Assembly: GCA_964607415.1 (NCBI GenBank) | Contig: CAZSKK010000001.1 | Coordinates: 68,190 to 132,189 of the forward strand | DNA: 64,000 bases | Origin: an uncultured Candidatus Saccharibacteria bacterium | GTDB lineage: Bacteria; Patescibacteriota; Dojkabacteria; J137 | Direction of reading: 5' to 3' | Shown: piece after piece, positions 55,737-64,000 of the stretch | How the letters are laid out: each line of letters begins with the position of its first letter | Position numbering within the stretch: the first letter of the stretch is position 1 | Position numbers and translations under genes: made by a program | Notes under the pieces: model-generated | The model's input: the letters and a program-made list of their open reading frames with translations, nothing else | Told to the model about the DNA's origin: nothing | The model's database searches: none

Positions 55737-57752
55737 ATGGAAAATAAAGAAGATAAAGAAATAACAGAATTTTTAGAATCTATAAAAAATAATTCTATTA
55801 ATCCTGATTTGAACTTCAAAGCTGAATTGAAGGAGAAATTTATAGACAAAAACAATACTTTTAATTTTTCTAATATGAATTTTGATAATTTTTTCTTTAG
55901 ATTAAAAGCTTTGAGCATGGAAGCTAAGGCTTTTACTATATTTGCATCATTTTCTATAATTGTTCTTTCTACTTATGGTATTTTTACTTTGACAAATATT
56001 TTAAACCAAAATTCGTCAGAACAAATTTCGGTGGAAGAACAAGAGGATATTTATAAGAAAATAATCGAAAACAATCCAAAAAGTATTCTTGAAGAGCAAG
56101 CAAAGGAAATAAAAAAAACAGAAGTAATTAATGATGTACTTAGTGATCCATTTGTAGCTACGCAAAATACTCAAACCTCTGTTCCTAATCCTGAAACTGC
56201 GGATACAATTTATAGTAGACTTGAGGAGGTTTCAAAGCAGCTTAACGAAATTACTAATCAGCCTCCTATTGGAAGCCCTTCAGATATTACTTTTAATCCA
56301 GAATTCAATTACTCCTATTCTAAACGTATTTATACACAAGGGCCAAAGGTTTGTAATGTAATGCAATATGGTGAACATGGAATTGGTGGTGAAGGTTTTA
56401 TATCTAATCAAAAAGATACAATAACTGAGTACTTCGATTATAGTGAGTATTACAATCGGTATTTTTACAAAATTAAAACAACAAACTCAAACTTAAATTT
56501 GATTAATTATCTATTATCAAAGAATGATAGAACGCAAAATAATACCCTTGTTTTTGCAGAGGGAGACTATGCAATTAGGAGCAACTATCCTGTATATAAC
56601 TATCTGCCTGTAAGTTATCCTACAAGCTACCCTAGTAGTTACCCTACTCAAACCACTTATCCCCAAAATATGAGCTTACAACAAGCTATGGATTACTACT
56701 TTGGCAGAGGAATTAAAATAGATAAAATTTATCAGGAAGATGGGAACGAATATGTTCAGTTGTCAAGAAGCTATACATCATTGTGTAATTGGGATCCAGA
56801 AAGTATTGAGCTGATTCAACCTAAATCTATATTTATATATGTTTATACAGTAAATAAAGCTAATTATAATATTGAGAACACTAAAATTTACCTTTCTGAA
56901 GAAAAACCTGAAAACCTTGTTACTGAAACATCATTTTCAAGAGAAACCAGAAAAGCCACATTTGAAGAAATCGACGATGTCTTCGACTACGAATATTCTA
57001 AACCAGTTAAAGATCTTTATTATTCTTCTTCGATGGCTTATGAGAGTTTAAGGGAAGATAGACTACAGCGTATATTAGATTATATAGCTCAAAATAATCT
57101 TAATTTATTAGTACCTTCAAGAGAGCATTACACATTATCCTATATCTTTACAGATTCTCCTTTATGTTATACAGATTGGTGCAATCTTTACTATAGTAGG
57201 GCTTTTTTCCCAATGAATGATTTTGGACAAGATCTTTACGACGAAAGAATTAGGTTTTTGAAATCTAATCCTGTTTTCGCTAAGCCAATAGTTTCAATGT
57301 TTTTCAAAAGTAAACATCATGGATATACACATGATATACAAGTAAATTTATACCCTTCCGATCAAAGCGAGACGAAAATTAGAAATACACAACTTTATTA
57401 CAATCAGTCTGAGAATTCTGAAATAGAAAATGGCGCCGTTAATTTATTAATCAATAATCAACTTAACGTAGGAAATTATTATGAAGTGCTTTCAAGGTAT
57501 GATTATGTTTCTTATCCTGTCTCATTTCCTGCATCATACCCCGTTTCATATCCTGACGGCAATGAATGCGTGCTGCAATCTTGTTTTTATAAAAATGGTA
57601 GGGTAACTTTAAGTTATAGAGACTCGAACTATTTAATAACATATAATGGTGATAGAAGAGATTATTTATCTGATATAAGTTACTCTACTTTAAACGTATC
57701 AGATCAAGCAGATGCGGATGTGTTTAGAGTTATGTTACAAACAGTCTACTAA
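55737..57752 (+). CDS. Membrane-anchored protein, putative anti-sigma factor with a large extracytoplasmic domain
   Basis: Cytoplasmic N-terminus, single TM (FTIFASFSIIVLSTYGIFTL), 590-aa outer domain with SYP repeats (YPVSYPTSYPSSYPTQTTYP; YPVSFPASYPVSYP); directly downstream of the ECF sigma. Confidence 0.35.
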   Translation: MENKEDKEITEFLESIKNNSINPDLNFKAELKEKFIDKNNTFNFSNMNFDNFFFRLKALSMEAKAFTIFASFSIIVLSTYGIFTLTNILNQNSSEQISVEEQEDIYKKIIENNPKSILEEQAKEIKKTEVINDVLSDPFVATQNTQTSVPNPETADTIYSRLEEVSKQLNEITNQPPIGSPSDITFNPEFNYSYSKRIYTQGPKVCNVMQYGEHGIGGEGFISNQKDTITEYFDYSEYYNRYFYKIKTTNSNLNLINYLLSKNDRTQNNTLVFAEGDYAIRSNYPVYNYLPVSYPTSYPSSYPTQTTYPQNMSLQQAMDYYFGRGIKIDKIYQEDGNEYVQLSRSYTSLCNWDPESIELIQPKSIFIYVYTVNKANYNIENTKIYLSEEKPENLVTETSFSRETRKATFEEIDDVFDYEYSKPVKDLYYSSSMAYESLREDRLQRILDYIAQNNLNLLVPSREHYTLSYIFTDSPLCYTDWCNLYYSRAFFPMNDFGQDLYDERIRFLKSNPVFAKPIVSMFFKSKHHGYTHDIQVNLYPSDQSETKIRNTQLYYNQSENSEIENGAVNLLINNQLNVGNYYEVLSRYDYVSYPVSFPASYPVSYPDGNECVLQSCFYKNGRVTLSYRDSNYLITYNGDRRDYLSDISYSTLNVSDQADADVFRVMLQTVY

Positions 57753-57778
57753 CTTTGCTTTAAAAATTATTAACAATA

Positions 57779-59056
57779 ATGAAACTAAAGAAGTTTATTA
57801 TTTATCTTTCTATAGCAATAAACATTATTTTTGTGTTTGTAGCATTTGTTGCGCTAATTTGGGTGAATAAAAATACGAGTATTTTAAATTTCAATATCGA
57901 TAAGCAGGAGATTAAAGAGAATAATGCCCCATCTGTGGACAATAACGATTATTCAACTTTGATATCACAACAAGTAAACGTTCCAGAAATTTACAAAAAA
58001 GGAACTTTTACACAAGAGAGAAGCTTAAACCTGCCCGACAGTTTCCAAATAGAAGTTTTTGCTAGTGGTGTAGAAACAGCCAGAGGGATGGATTTTGACG
58101 ATTTTGGCAATATATATGTAACAGGTCGCGAAGGCAAATTATATTTTCTTACAGATAAAGATAAAGTTAATGGTGCTGATGAGATAAAAATTATTGATTC
58201 ATCTTTAAATAGTCCTCACGGAATTGATTATTATAAAGGTGATTTATATATTGGCGAACAATCACAGATAGTAGTTTATAAAAATATTAATGAAAATGGT
58301 GAATTTTCGGAAAAAAGAGTTTTAATTCCAAATTTGCCAATAGGTGGACATAGTACCAGAACCGTAAAGATTGGTCCGGATAGTAAAATATATGTTTCTA
58401 TAGGATCTAGTTGCAATGTTTGTGAAGAATCAGATTCTAGAAGGGCTGCGATTGTAAGGTATAACCTGGATGGAAGTGGGGAAACAATATTTGCCTCAGG
58501 TTTAAGAAACACTGTGGATTTTGAATTTAAATTAGATGAAGAAAATCTGGAATACAAGATATTTGGAGTTGATAATGGCAGAGATAGGATAGGTGATGAT
58601 ATTCCACCGGAAGAAGTGAATTTAATTGAGAATGGTAGTAACTACGGGTGGCCTTTTTGTTATGGCAAAAAGATTGCAAATCCAGAATACAATGACAAAA
58701 ACCAGTTTTGTTTGGATCAAACTAAAGATTCTTATATAGATATGCAAGCACACGCCGCCCCACTAGGAATTGCTTTCCCAAATTTAGAGGCTGAAAACTT
58801 TCCAAATTCACTTTTGAATAATGCATTTATTGGTTTCCATGGATCCTGGAATAGAACCACTCCAACGGGATATAAAGTAGTAAGGGTAGACGTTAATGAT
58901 CCTTCCAAATCTCCAGTGAATTTTGTTACTGGTTGGCTTTTAGATTCAGGTGATTATTGGGGAAGACCTGTAGATACAGCTTTTGATTTTGAAAATAATT
59001 TATACATCTCTGACGATTATGCAGGGGCAATTTACAAGGTTATGTTTAAGCAATAA
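57779..59056 (+). CDS. PQQ-dependent sugar (glucose/sorbosone) dehydrogenase-like beta-propeller protein
   Basis: N-terminal TM; ARGMDFDDFGNIYVTGREGKLY, HGIDYYKGDLYIGE and NYGWPFCYG motifs. Confidence 0.55.
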   Translation: MKLKKFIIYLSIAINIIFVFVAFVALIWVNKNTSILNFNIDKQEIKENNAPSVDNNDYSTLISQQVNVPEIYKKGTFTQERSLNLPDSFQIEVFASGVETARGMDFDDFGNIYVTGREGKLYFLTDKDKVNGADEIKIIDSSLNSPHGIDYYKGDLYIGEQSQIVVYKNINENGEFSEKRVLIPNLPIGGHSTRTVKIGPDSKIYVSIGSSCNVCEESDSRRAAIVRYNLDGSGETIFASGLRNTVDFEFKLDEENLEYKIFGVDNGRDRIGDDIPPEEVNLIENGSNYGWPFCYGKKIANPEYNDKNQFCLDQTKDSYIDMQAHAAPLGIAFPNLEAENFPNSLLNNAFIGFHGSWNRTTPTGYKVVRVDVNDPSKSPVNFVTGWLLDSGDYWGRPVDTAFDFENNLYISDDYAGAIYKVMFKQ

Positions 59057-59095
59057 CAAAATAGATTTAAATTCTTTTTATGGTAAAATCCTTTT

Positions 59096-60178
59096 ATGAG
59101 TAAGATTAAATCGGATCCAAAGCGTTCAAGGGTATTTTTTTTAGTGCTTTTTGCAGCAATAACTTATGTTTCGTACTTAGTTTTGAAGCCATATCTTTCG
59201 CTAGTAGTTATAGCTTTTTTAACAGTTTTATTTTTTTATCCATTGTATGAAAAGATTCTTAAAATCTCAAAAGGAAAAACATCAATTGCTGTACCTATAA
59301 CAATTGTAAACATTCTTGCTATCATAATTATACCTCTTTTACTTTTTGCAAATTTGATAATAAATCAGGCAATAAAGTTTAACGATGATATATCAGAAGT
59401 GGTTGCAGGTGAAGATTTAACATACGATGAAGTTTTAAGTAAAACCAATGAAATTTTAGATAAAACACCATTGTCTGAGTATGAAATTAAAGATGAAAAT
59501 GTAAGAGATTTTGTAGCAAATACACTGAAACCTATTGGAAGTTTTCTTTTGGATAAAGTCATTAATGTGGGTACCTCTTCATTTAGCTTGATACCAAACA
59601 TAATAGTTTTTATTACAATTTTGGCTTCGTTATTTCCTGCTAAAGATAAAATTATTAATTTGGTTAGAAGCCTAAGTCCTTTGGATGACGATGTAGATGA
59701 TATCTATCTTAGAAGAGTAATTGCAATGTCTTTATCTATGATTAAAGGTACGTTTATTATTGCCATTGTGCAAGGTTTATTATCAGGTATTTTAATGTAT
59801 GGCCTGGGAGTACCCTATGCTGTATTTTGGGCAATTGTAATAATTTTTGCATCTATCATTCCTGTTGGTGCTGGAATAGTTTTAATTCCAATGGGAATTG
59901 TTTATATTATTTTAGGTGATGTTGCTCAAGGTATAGCATTAATACTTTTTTATATACTGTTTATAAGTAATATTGATAATTTCTTAAGACCCAGGCTTGT
60001 TTCAAAAGATGCAAGCTTACATCCCGCTTTAACTTTATTAGGAGTTCTTGGTGGAATACAATTTTTTGGTTTTTTTGGAATTGTTTATGGACCAGTGATT
60101 CTGATATTTCTGGTAACAACAATTGAAGTATACATGAAATATTACGCTAAGAACGAGGAAGTTATAGAACGTAAATAA
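59096..60178 (+). CDS. AI-2E (PerM/UPF0118) family transporter
   Basis: About 8 TM helices with the typical topology; 360 aa. Confidence 0.5.
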   Translation: MSKIKSDPKRSRVFFLVLFAAITYVSYLVLKPYLSLVVIAFLTVLFFYPLYEKILKISKGKTSIAVPITIVNILAIIIIPLLLFANLIINQAIKFNDDISEVVAGEDLTYDEVLSKTNEILDKTPLSEYEIKDENVRDFVANTLKPIGSFLLDKVINVGTSSFSLIPNIIVFITILASLFPAKDKIINLVRSLSPLDDDVDDIYLRRVIAMSLSMIKGTFIIAIVQGLLSGILMYGLGVPYAVFWAIVIIFASIIPVGAGIVLIPMGIVYIILGDVAQGIALILFYILFISNIDNFLRPRLVSKDASLHPALTLLGVLGGIQFFGFFGIVYGPVILIFLVTTIEVYMKYYAKNEEVIERK

Positions 60179-60241
60179 TTAATAATAAAAGATCTTCTGT
60201 GTGTTCACTCGTCCTGAATGCCATACGTTAAACATCCCATG

Positions 60242-62395
60242 TTAGAACAGTTCTTTTATTCTTCTTCCTCTTCTTTTTTCTTTAGTTAGCGATTTTATGT
60301 TTTCTTTCTCAAATTCTCTAATTGTTTCAAGAAATTCTTCGGAAGGTTCAGCTTTTAAAATGAAAGCATTTGGCTGAAATTCAAGGATTCGCTTTAGAAG
60401 ATCTGTGTCCTGATTACCAAGCTTAATAATAACTTCTAAACCTAATGGCTTTGTAGAATCAAAAATAGTTTTTAACATTTTGACGCCAATTTCTTGATCA
60501 ACTGGTCGTAGGTCTTCTCTATATGTTGTTAATCTTAATAGCAAATCATAATCAATAATGATTCCATCAAGGGTAGATTCGTCAAGCTCAAAAATTTGAA
60601 AGATAATAGAAGGAATAGAAACTTCACAGTAAAACTTTAAACTACTTGACCTTCTAAAGTTTTGAGAAGATAAAATCTTTTTTATATCTAAAAAATTTTG
60701 AGCATTTCTAACCGATGGAATAGAGATACGAATATTTTTATTTGAGTAAACATTTCTTGCTTTTAATACTGCCAAACTTTCTATTGCAAGAGTTTCTGGA
60801 GATTCTATAAATCTTTCATCTCCATTAAACTTATATTTAGCATCATTAACACCTAAAAGTTTTCGTTCAAATTCACCAATGTTAGAAAATTGGTATATTA
60901 AAGGGCTAGGATCACAGGTCTTTGCAGCCGTTGCTATATCAAGGCTAACTTTTTCAATTAAATTATTTAAGTCGCTCTGATTGTTTATGATTTTTTCAGG
61001 TAAAATGCTATTTCTTAGAATTGCTTCTGTTCCATTAAAAAAACCTCCATTAAATCTTTTCAAATTCTCAAGAGTCACGGAATTCATTTTGGAAACATCC
61101 AGATAAATTTCTGTAAGAAATGTAAGGTTTTCTGTAAACGGAGTCTCCGTTGCGTTTAAACTCTTTGTTAATTTATCCTTCGGCATTATTGATTTTTTGC
61201 TTACCTGTTCGACTATTTGAGAATCTGTTGGGCTTGGAAGTTTACCATCAACAATATCGATAATTTCTTTCGTAAGACTATCAAGGTTAACTTGTTTTAT
61301 TTCAGTTAAAGGTTTTTCTTCTTTCGTATCAATTTTTTCAAAGTAATCTTCTTCTTTTGTTAAACTATTAGTGTGCTTTTTTCCTTCTGTTAAGTCTAAA
61401 AGACTTATTGAATCATTAAATTTTGGCTTTTCAATTCGTTCAACAGAGTTGATGTAAACTTCTCCTGCGACTATTGACCATTTAGCCATAAATTCATGTT
61501 TATATTCATCGTTAATTTTTGTATAAGCATTATAAATTTTCTCAATAAATGTATCGTTAAGTTTTTGCTTTTTTTGCCAGTCCTCAGATATTTCGACTTT
61601 TATAAATAAATCGTCATTTTTGAGAGTTTTACCTTTTCTTACAAACATGTACTCTTGAGGAATAATTTGTTTTTCGTTTATCTGCCCCGTTTTCGAATCA
61701 AGTTTGTAAATGTCATAAAAATTTTCGTGTTCATTGGAATTTGTGCTATTACCGTATATTGCTTGAACTTCGATTGTATTTTCATCTCTTGTTATCGGTG
61801 GAAAACTATATAGATTTCCAGAAAGATCTGATGCTAAAGATTTTTGCACAATCAAGGCAGTACTAATGCCGCCTTTGAAATAATTATTGGTTCTTAACTC
61901 TATAGATTCTAAAGTGAATAGTGAGAAATAAGCTTTATGAATTGCATTATAAAGCTCGTCTAAACCTTTAAGATTTTCAAATCTAAAATTTCCATTTTCA
62001 GGAATAAATTTTTCATCAATTATATGAGAAGCATAAACGTTAACAATTGGACTTGTGCTATCTCCAAGATTCTTATAAGCATGTTCAATGGGTCTTAGTA
62101 TAATAGATGGGAGTTTTGTTTTTTTTAAGATATTTTTTATATTTTCAGTGGACTCCAATGCTGATGATTTTATAAAAGGTTGAACTTTTTTAAGCTCAAC
62201 CATAACAGGTTCTATAATATCATTAGCCGTTAAAAAATCATCGAAAGCAAGTGTGGTTATTACAAAGCTTTCAGGTATTTTTAAGCTGGTTTTATAAAGC
62301 TTTGCAAGATCCAGGGCTTGTTTTCCAGTTAGTTCAGCATCTTTATCTTTTATATTTTTAGGGTTTAGAACATAAATGCTATTCTTCCCAAACAT
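60242..62395 (-). CDS. PEP-utilising-enzyme-like protein (PPDK/PEP synthase N-terminal ATP-grasp-type domain), tentative
   Basis: N-terminal LTGKQALDLAKLYKTSLKIPESFVITTLAFDDF resembles the GGKxANL ... vPxGFxitt region; no recognisable phospho-His domain. Confidence 0.3.
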   Translation of the reverse strand: MFGKNSIYVLNPKNIKDKDAELTGKQALDLAKLYKTSLKIPESFVITTLAFDDFLTANDIIEPVMVELKKVQPFIKSSALESTENIKNILKKTKLPSIILRPIEHAYKNLGDSTSPIVNVYASHIIDEKFIPENGNFRFENLKGLDELYNAIHKAYFSLFTLESIELRTNNYFKGGISTALIVQKSLASDLSGNLYSFPPITRDENTIEVQAIYGNSTNSNEHENFYDIYKLDSKTGQINEKQIIPQEYMFVRKGKTLKNDDLFIKVEISEDWQKKQKLNDTFIEKIYNAYTKINDEYKHEFMAKWSIVAGEVYINSVERIEKPKFNDSISLLDLTEGKKHTNSLTKEEDYFEKIDTKEEKPLTEIKQVNLDSLTKEIIDIVDGKLPSPTDSQIVEQVSKKSIMPKDKLTKSLNATETPFTENLTFLTEIYLDVSKMNSVTLENLKRFNGGFFNGTEAILRNSILPEKIINNQSDLNNLIEKVSLDIATAAKTCDPSPLIYQFSNIGEFERKLLGVNDAKYKFNGDERFIESPETLAIESLAVLKARNVYSNKNIRISIPSVRNAQNFLDIKKILSSQNFRRSSSLKFYCEVSIPSIIFQIFELDESTLDGIIIDYDLLLRLTTYREDLRPVDQEIGVKMLKTIFDSTKPLGLEVIIKLGNQDTDLLKRILEFQPNAFILKAEPSEEFLETIREFEKENIKSLTKEKRRGRRIKELF

Positions 62396-62493
62396 TTAAT
62401 CTGTAATAACTTTAAGGTTTTTTAGCACAAATTGCTCTTTTCTGATAGAAATTAGTTATATTATGAATGGGAATAAAAAAGAAGTCAACGCCT

Positions 62494-62552
62494 CACCCGG
62501 CCTCTCGACAAGCTCGAGGCCACCCTCTCCTAATCAGGAGAGGGTCTACCGA
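62494..62552 (-). terminator. GC-rich hairpins downstream of htrA
   Basis: ggcctc ... gaggcc and ccctctcc-taatca-ggagaggg, with a T run on the minus strand. Confidence 0.45.
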
Positions 62553-62566
62553 AGGTAAGGGAGAGG

Positions 62567-63742
62567 TTAGAACTTTTCGAGCACAACTTCGATAGTTTTT
62601 TCTTTTCCTTTTGTAAGTATTTTTAGTGTTACTCTATCCCCAAATCTTCTCTCCTGTATGAGCATCTGAAGAGTATTTTCAGAATCAACTTTTACTCCAT
62701 CGACTTCTAAGATTATATCATTTTCTAACAAACCAGCTTTATCAGCAGGGCTTCCAGGAATTACCGCAATTTGAGTACTGCTTTGCCCTTTAGCAATAAG
62801 CGCTCCATAGCTAACATCTAAGTTATTTGCTTTTTGAATACTTTCATCTATTGGAATATATCTAACACCTAATACTGGTCTTTCTATTGTGCCTTCAGAA
62901 TTTAATCTTTCTAAAAGATCTTTTACTGTATCGATAGGAATGGCAAATCCAATGTTTTCAGCGTCTGTTGCAACTGCAACATTTACTCCTATAACGTTAC
63001 CTTTAATATCTAAAAGAGGTCCGCCAGAATTACCAGGATTTATTGAGGCATCTGTTTGAAGAACATTATTTAATAGTTCTTCATTAACACCAGTTGAATC
63101 ACTAGCAATAATATCTCTTTTTAACCCAGATATTATGCCTGAGCTAACAGTGTTGCTAAATTCTCCAAGAGAGTTTCCTATTGCAATTACACGCTGGCCA
63201 ACTTTAAGATCTGCAGAAGAGCCCAGGCTTAATGGTTGTAGGTTGGATGCATCAATTTTGATAAATGCAATATCTAAAAGAGTATCTCTTGCAAGAACTG
63301 ATGCTTCATACTTATCACCGTTGTTAAAAAAAACAGTATAAGAAGCATCTTCATCAGAAACTACATGTTTGTTTGTTATTATTAATCCGCTACTTGATAC
63401 TATAAATCCTGTTCCAGCACCTACTTTTTGTTCTTGGGTACCATTTTGTATTCTTTCAGGAAAAAAAGGATTTTCATTGAAGTATTCTTCGTAAACAGGA
63501 ACATCTTTAGTTATAACGATGCTTACAACTGAATCACTGGCATTTTGTGCAACATCTATAATTGCCGATTCTTCTTCTATAACCTCAACATCATTTACAA
63601 TTTTATCTATTGTGTTTTTACCTCTATTGTCAAAAATAAAATATCCTACTGCACTTCCTCCAAGCCCAGCAGAAAAAGAAACTATAGACACAAAAAGAAT
63701 TAGTATCGAAAACTTTGCTAGTTTTTTTAATGATAATCTCAT
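62567..63742 (-). CDS. htrA: HtrA/DegP-family serine protease with a PDZ domain
   Basis: N-terminal TM; catalytic His TNKHVV, Asp, and GNSGGPLLDIKGNVIGVN (Ser); C-terminal PDZ. Confidence 0.85.
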   Translation of the reverse strand: MRLSLKKLAKFSILILFVSIVSFSAGLGGSAVGYFIFDNRGKNTIDKIVNDVEVIEEESAIIDVAQNASDSVVSIVITKDVPVYEEYFNENPFFPERIQNGTQEQKVGAGTGFIVSSSGLIITNKHVVSDEDASYTVFFNNGDKYEASVLARDTLLDIAFIKIDASNLQPLSLGSSADLKVGQRVIAIGNSLGEFSNTVSSGIISGLKRDIIASDSTGVNEELLNNVLQTDASINPGNSGGPLLDIKGNVIGVNVAVATDAENIGFAIPIDTVKDLLERLNSEGTIERPVLGVRYIPIDESIQKANNLDVSYGALIAKGQSSTQIAVIPGSPADKAGLLENDIILEVDGVKVDSENTLQMLIQERRFGDRVTLKILTKGKEKTIEVVLEKF

Positions 63743-63803
63743 ATTGAATAATTTTAGAAATATATTTTTATTTTAAATTCAAATTATGAATAATTTGTGA
63801 ATT

Positions 63804-63995
63804 TTATTTTGTTGCAAGTGTTTTTTCAGACCAAGAAATTGATTTTGCATGTTTTTGTCCAAGCATCATACGAGTAGTTGCTTCAATAAAAGGTAAGAAG
63901 CTAAAAGTCATTAAAACTATAAAATTTAGTGGTAGTTCAAGAATTATTAAAAATACAAACTTTTTGATACTCATATTTCTGGGTTTGGGAGGCAT
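63804..63995 (-). CDS. Small hypothetical membrane protein
   Basis: 63 aa ORF with one hydrophobic segment; near the window edge. Confidence 0.2.
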   Translation of the reverse strand: MPPKPRNMSIKKFVFLIILELPLNFIVLMTFSFLPFIEATTRMMLGQKHAKSISWSEKTLATK

Positions 63996-64000
63996 TAGAA

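Noticed and set aside
1-64000. Numerous 60-105-aa ORFs nested antisense or out of frame inside longer genes. Examples: 58..279, 957..1139, 982..1173, 4512..4712, 8102..8365, 9554..9736, 12271..12453, 16260..16463, 17964..18170, 20683..20901, 22284..22601, 23182..23382, 29367..29630, 30504..30716, 31021..31320, 31175..31600, 32073..32255, 34605..34862, 36948..37154, 42134..42334, 42360..42569, 44452..44688, 47599..47799, 50012..50194, 51468..51788, 52132..52323, 53397..53630, 55670..55918, 58276..58557, 59365..59601, 63135..63341, 63519..63776
   Set aside because: They fully overlap longer ORFs that have clear domain signatures, and their products are low-complexity or hydrophobic. This is typical of spurious shadow ORFs in AT-rich DNA.
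1-64000. CRISPR arrays, rRNA genes, prophage structural genes
   Set aside because: There are no regularly spaced direct repeats with unique spacers, no rRNA-like conserved blocks, and no capsid, terminase or portal-like ORFs. The mobile region is conjugative rather than viral.

Overview
This is an AT-rich bacterial chromosomal window (about 30% GC by eye) with mostly short genes. The read-out below uses the standard genetic code. It falls into three blocks.

- **Block 1 (1-12.5 kb), host-like genes, all on the minus strand:** a CYTH-like protein, GreA, a P-loop kinase translationally coupled to a ribonucleotide reductase, an orphan GreA C-terminal-domain protein, two tandem paralogous small proteins, a sensor histidine kinase, a UbiA-family prenyltransferase, a polyprenyl diphosphate synthase and a response regulator.
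- **Block 2 (about 12.5/15 kb to 43.15 kb), an integrated conjugative-element-like mobile region.** It ends at a tRNA-Glu(UUC) gene that is overlapped by the 3' end of a large serine recombinase gene. It carries:
  - two SSBs and a RepA_N-type replication initiator;
  - a Gram-positive-style type IV secretion set (VirD4-like and VirB4-like ATPases, VirB6-like and pilin-like membrane proteins, an M23 cell-wall hydrolase);
  - a sortase with a 1044-aa surface adhesin whose C-terminal IADTG sorting-like signal is non-canonical;
  - a replication-relaxation-family protein next to a pyrimidine-tract/nested-inverted-repeat locus (candidate oriT or ori);
  - a defence island: a Type IIG restriction-modification enzyme plus a C5-cytosine methyltransferase. 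Convergent on these sits a translationally coupled three-gene cassette (unknown protein, P-loop ATPase with a C-terminal winged-helix-like tail, and a small protein with an R-x4-H HEPN-type motif). I regard this cassette as the best candidate for an undescribed system in the window.
- **Block 3 (43.5-64 kb), host-like genes:** MarR, an SDR, SAM methyltransferases, DUF559, peptidase S51, DUF2461, a HAD hydrolase, a COG0523 GTPase, an ECF sigma factor with a putative anti-sigma factor, a PQQ-type sugar dehydrogenase beta-propeller, an AI-2E transporter and HtrA.

The intergenic regions are rich in GC hairpins. A 24-nt palindrome occurs twice, a heptamer is repeated seven times in tandem, and an 18-nt motif is repeated after two mobile-element genes. 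No CRISPR array or rRNA was seen. All functional calls rest on motif recognition by eye; no database searches were run.
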